This document shows, piece by piece, positions 63,112-64,000 of a stretch of DNA of 64,000 bases. Below the pieces are notes generated by a model. That model searched no databases and had not been told where the DNA came from. It saw nothing but the letters and a program-made list of their open reading frames with translations. The DNA is taken from positions 102,674,001 through 102,738,000 of the forward strand of contig CM052817.1 in the NCBI GenBank assembly GCA_028534125.1, given 5' to 3'. Position numbers and translations under genes: made by a program. This stretch comes from Lama glama (lineage: Eukaryota). How positions within the stretch are numbered: position 1 is the stretch's first letter; every line of letters starts with the position of its first letter.

Positions 63112-64000
63112 GTGGACCAGCTTTTTAAAGCTAGTAGAGAACCACTGGGAGCCCTGGATCAATCTTCTCTGAAGAATTTCTCCTTATTTTTCTTTTTCGT
63201 CTTATCATTTGGTGCTGAAACCAGATACGGATGTCGTGCTGCCATGAAGTTAAGAGTCCTGGCCACCTCATAACACCAGTCCTGGATGAAGCTCATGGAG
63301 GCTTATCTTTAGTTCCGGGGCCTGGCGTTTAGTGGTAGGGTGGCTGTCTTTCTGGGTGGAACAAGCATGGATCAAGTTCACTGCCGAGTTGCTGGTGCGC
63401 ATCTGATCGTACTGATGAGTGTGTGAGGGAGGACTCCCCTGGGAGGTCTCTGGTGACCTAGTTTGCTTAAAGAACTGAAACATGTAAATAAATTACACCT
63501 CAGAGTGGAGACTTACTATACTAACCACAATGAACAGGCAATATATTCCCCATGAAATACATGCCGTTTGAAAGAAAAACTAGTTCAACAACTTCACCGC
63601 ATGACTTACTTATGGTTTATAGAATTCTTTGCTCACTTTATCAGTACACTCTAGCGTCTATGTTTTAGAATATATTCATAGGTCTTCACTTACTAGCGCC
63701 ATGTGCACCTTTGTTTCTGTGTGGTCTCTGCCTTCAATGACCCCGTTTGTAGCAGGTGGGTGTAGTTTCGGTTTAGTTTTACTACTGGACATGGAAATAA
63801 TTTGGAGATAGAGGTCTTGTCAAATTCCAACACAGCTGTTCAATTAATCTCCCTTCTTCATAGACAGGAGAAAGCTGAGACTCATTGAAAAAGTCAGAAA
63901 AAGGCTAACTGAGTCACCTAAGATTCAATAGCCAAATTATGAGTATGGGATTAGACTTCAAGAATATCCTGTCTTTTGCAGACAATACGAAAGGAGAACG

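Overview
Mammalian genomic DNA, most likely a camelid, judged from a Vic-1-type tRNA-derived SINE and the LINE-1 3' UTRs. The window starts inside the NPY2R (neuropeptide Y receptor Y2) coding exon (stop at 409-411). It continues through the 3' UTR into about 61 kb of AT-rich, repeat-dense intergenic DNA with two 500-N gaps. I see no other intact protein-coding gene. Most interesting: (1) a 3.7-kb minus-strand CXXC5 retrocopy with a 13-bp target-site duplication (TSD) that still keeps the last GT-AG intron (semi-processed pseudogene). Its 5' exon remains a dense CpG island with an apparent A/T->G/C substitution bias and an 8-Cys CXXC finger. (2) Four young L1 insertions that each appear to carry a different 3'-transduced flank. 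Two are also twin-primed inversions, and one has its 5' end fused at the homologous position of the older L1 it landed in. (3) A tailless, 3'-truncated 7SK retropseudogene. (4) Templated insertions inside L1s, a mini L1 (5' UTR joined to a 3' tail), and a ~550-bp polypurine tract. These are informative retrotransposition products, but the sequence alone does not establish a new functional system. Repeat family names and human comparisons are from memory, not from searches.
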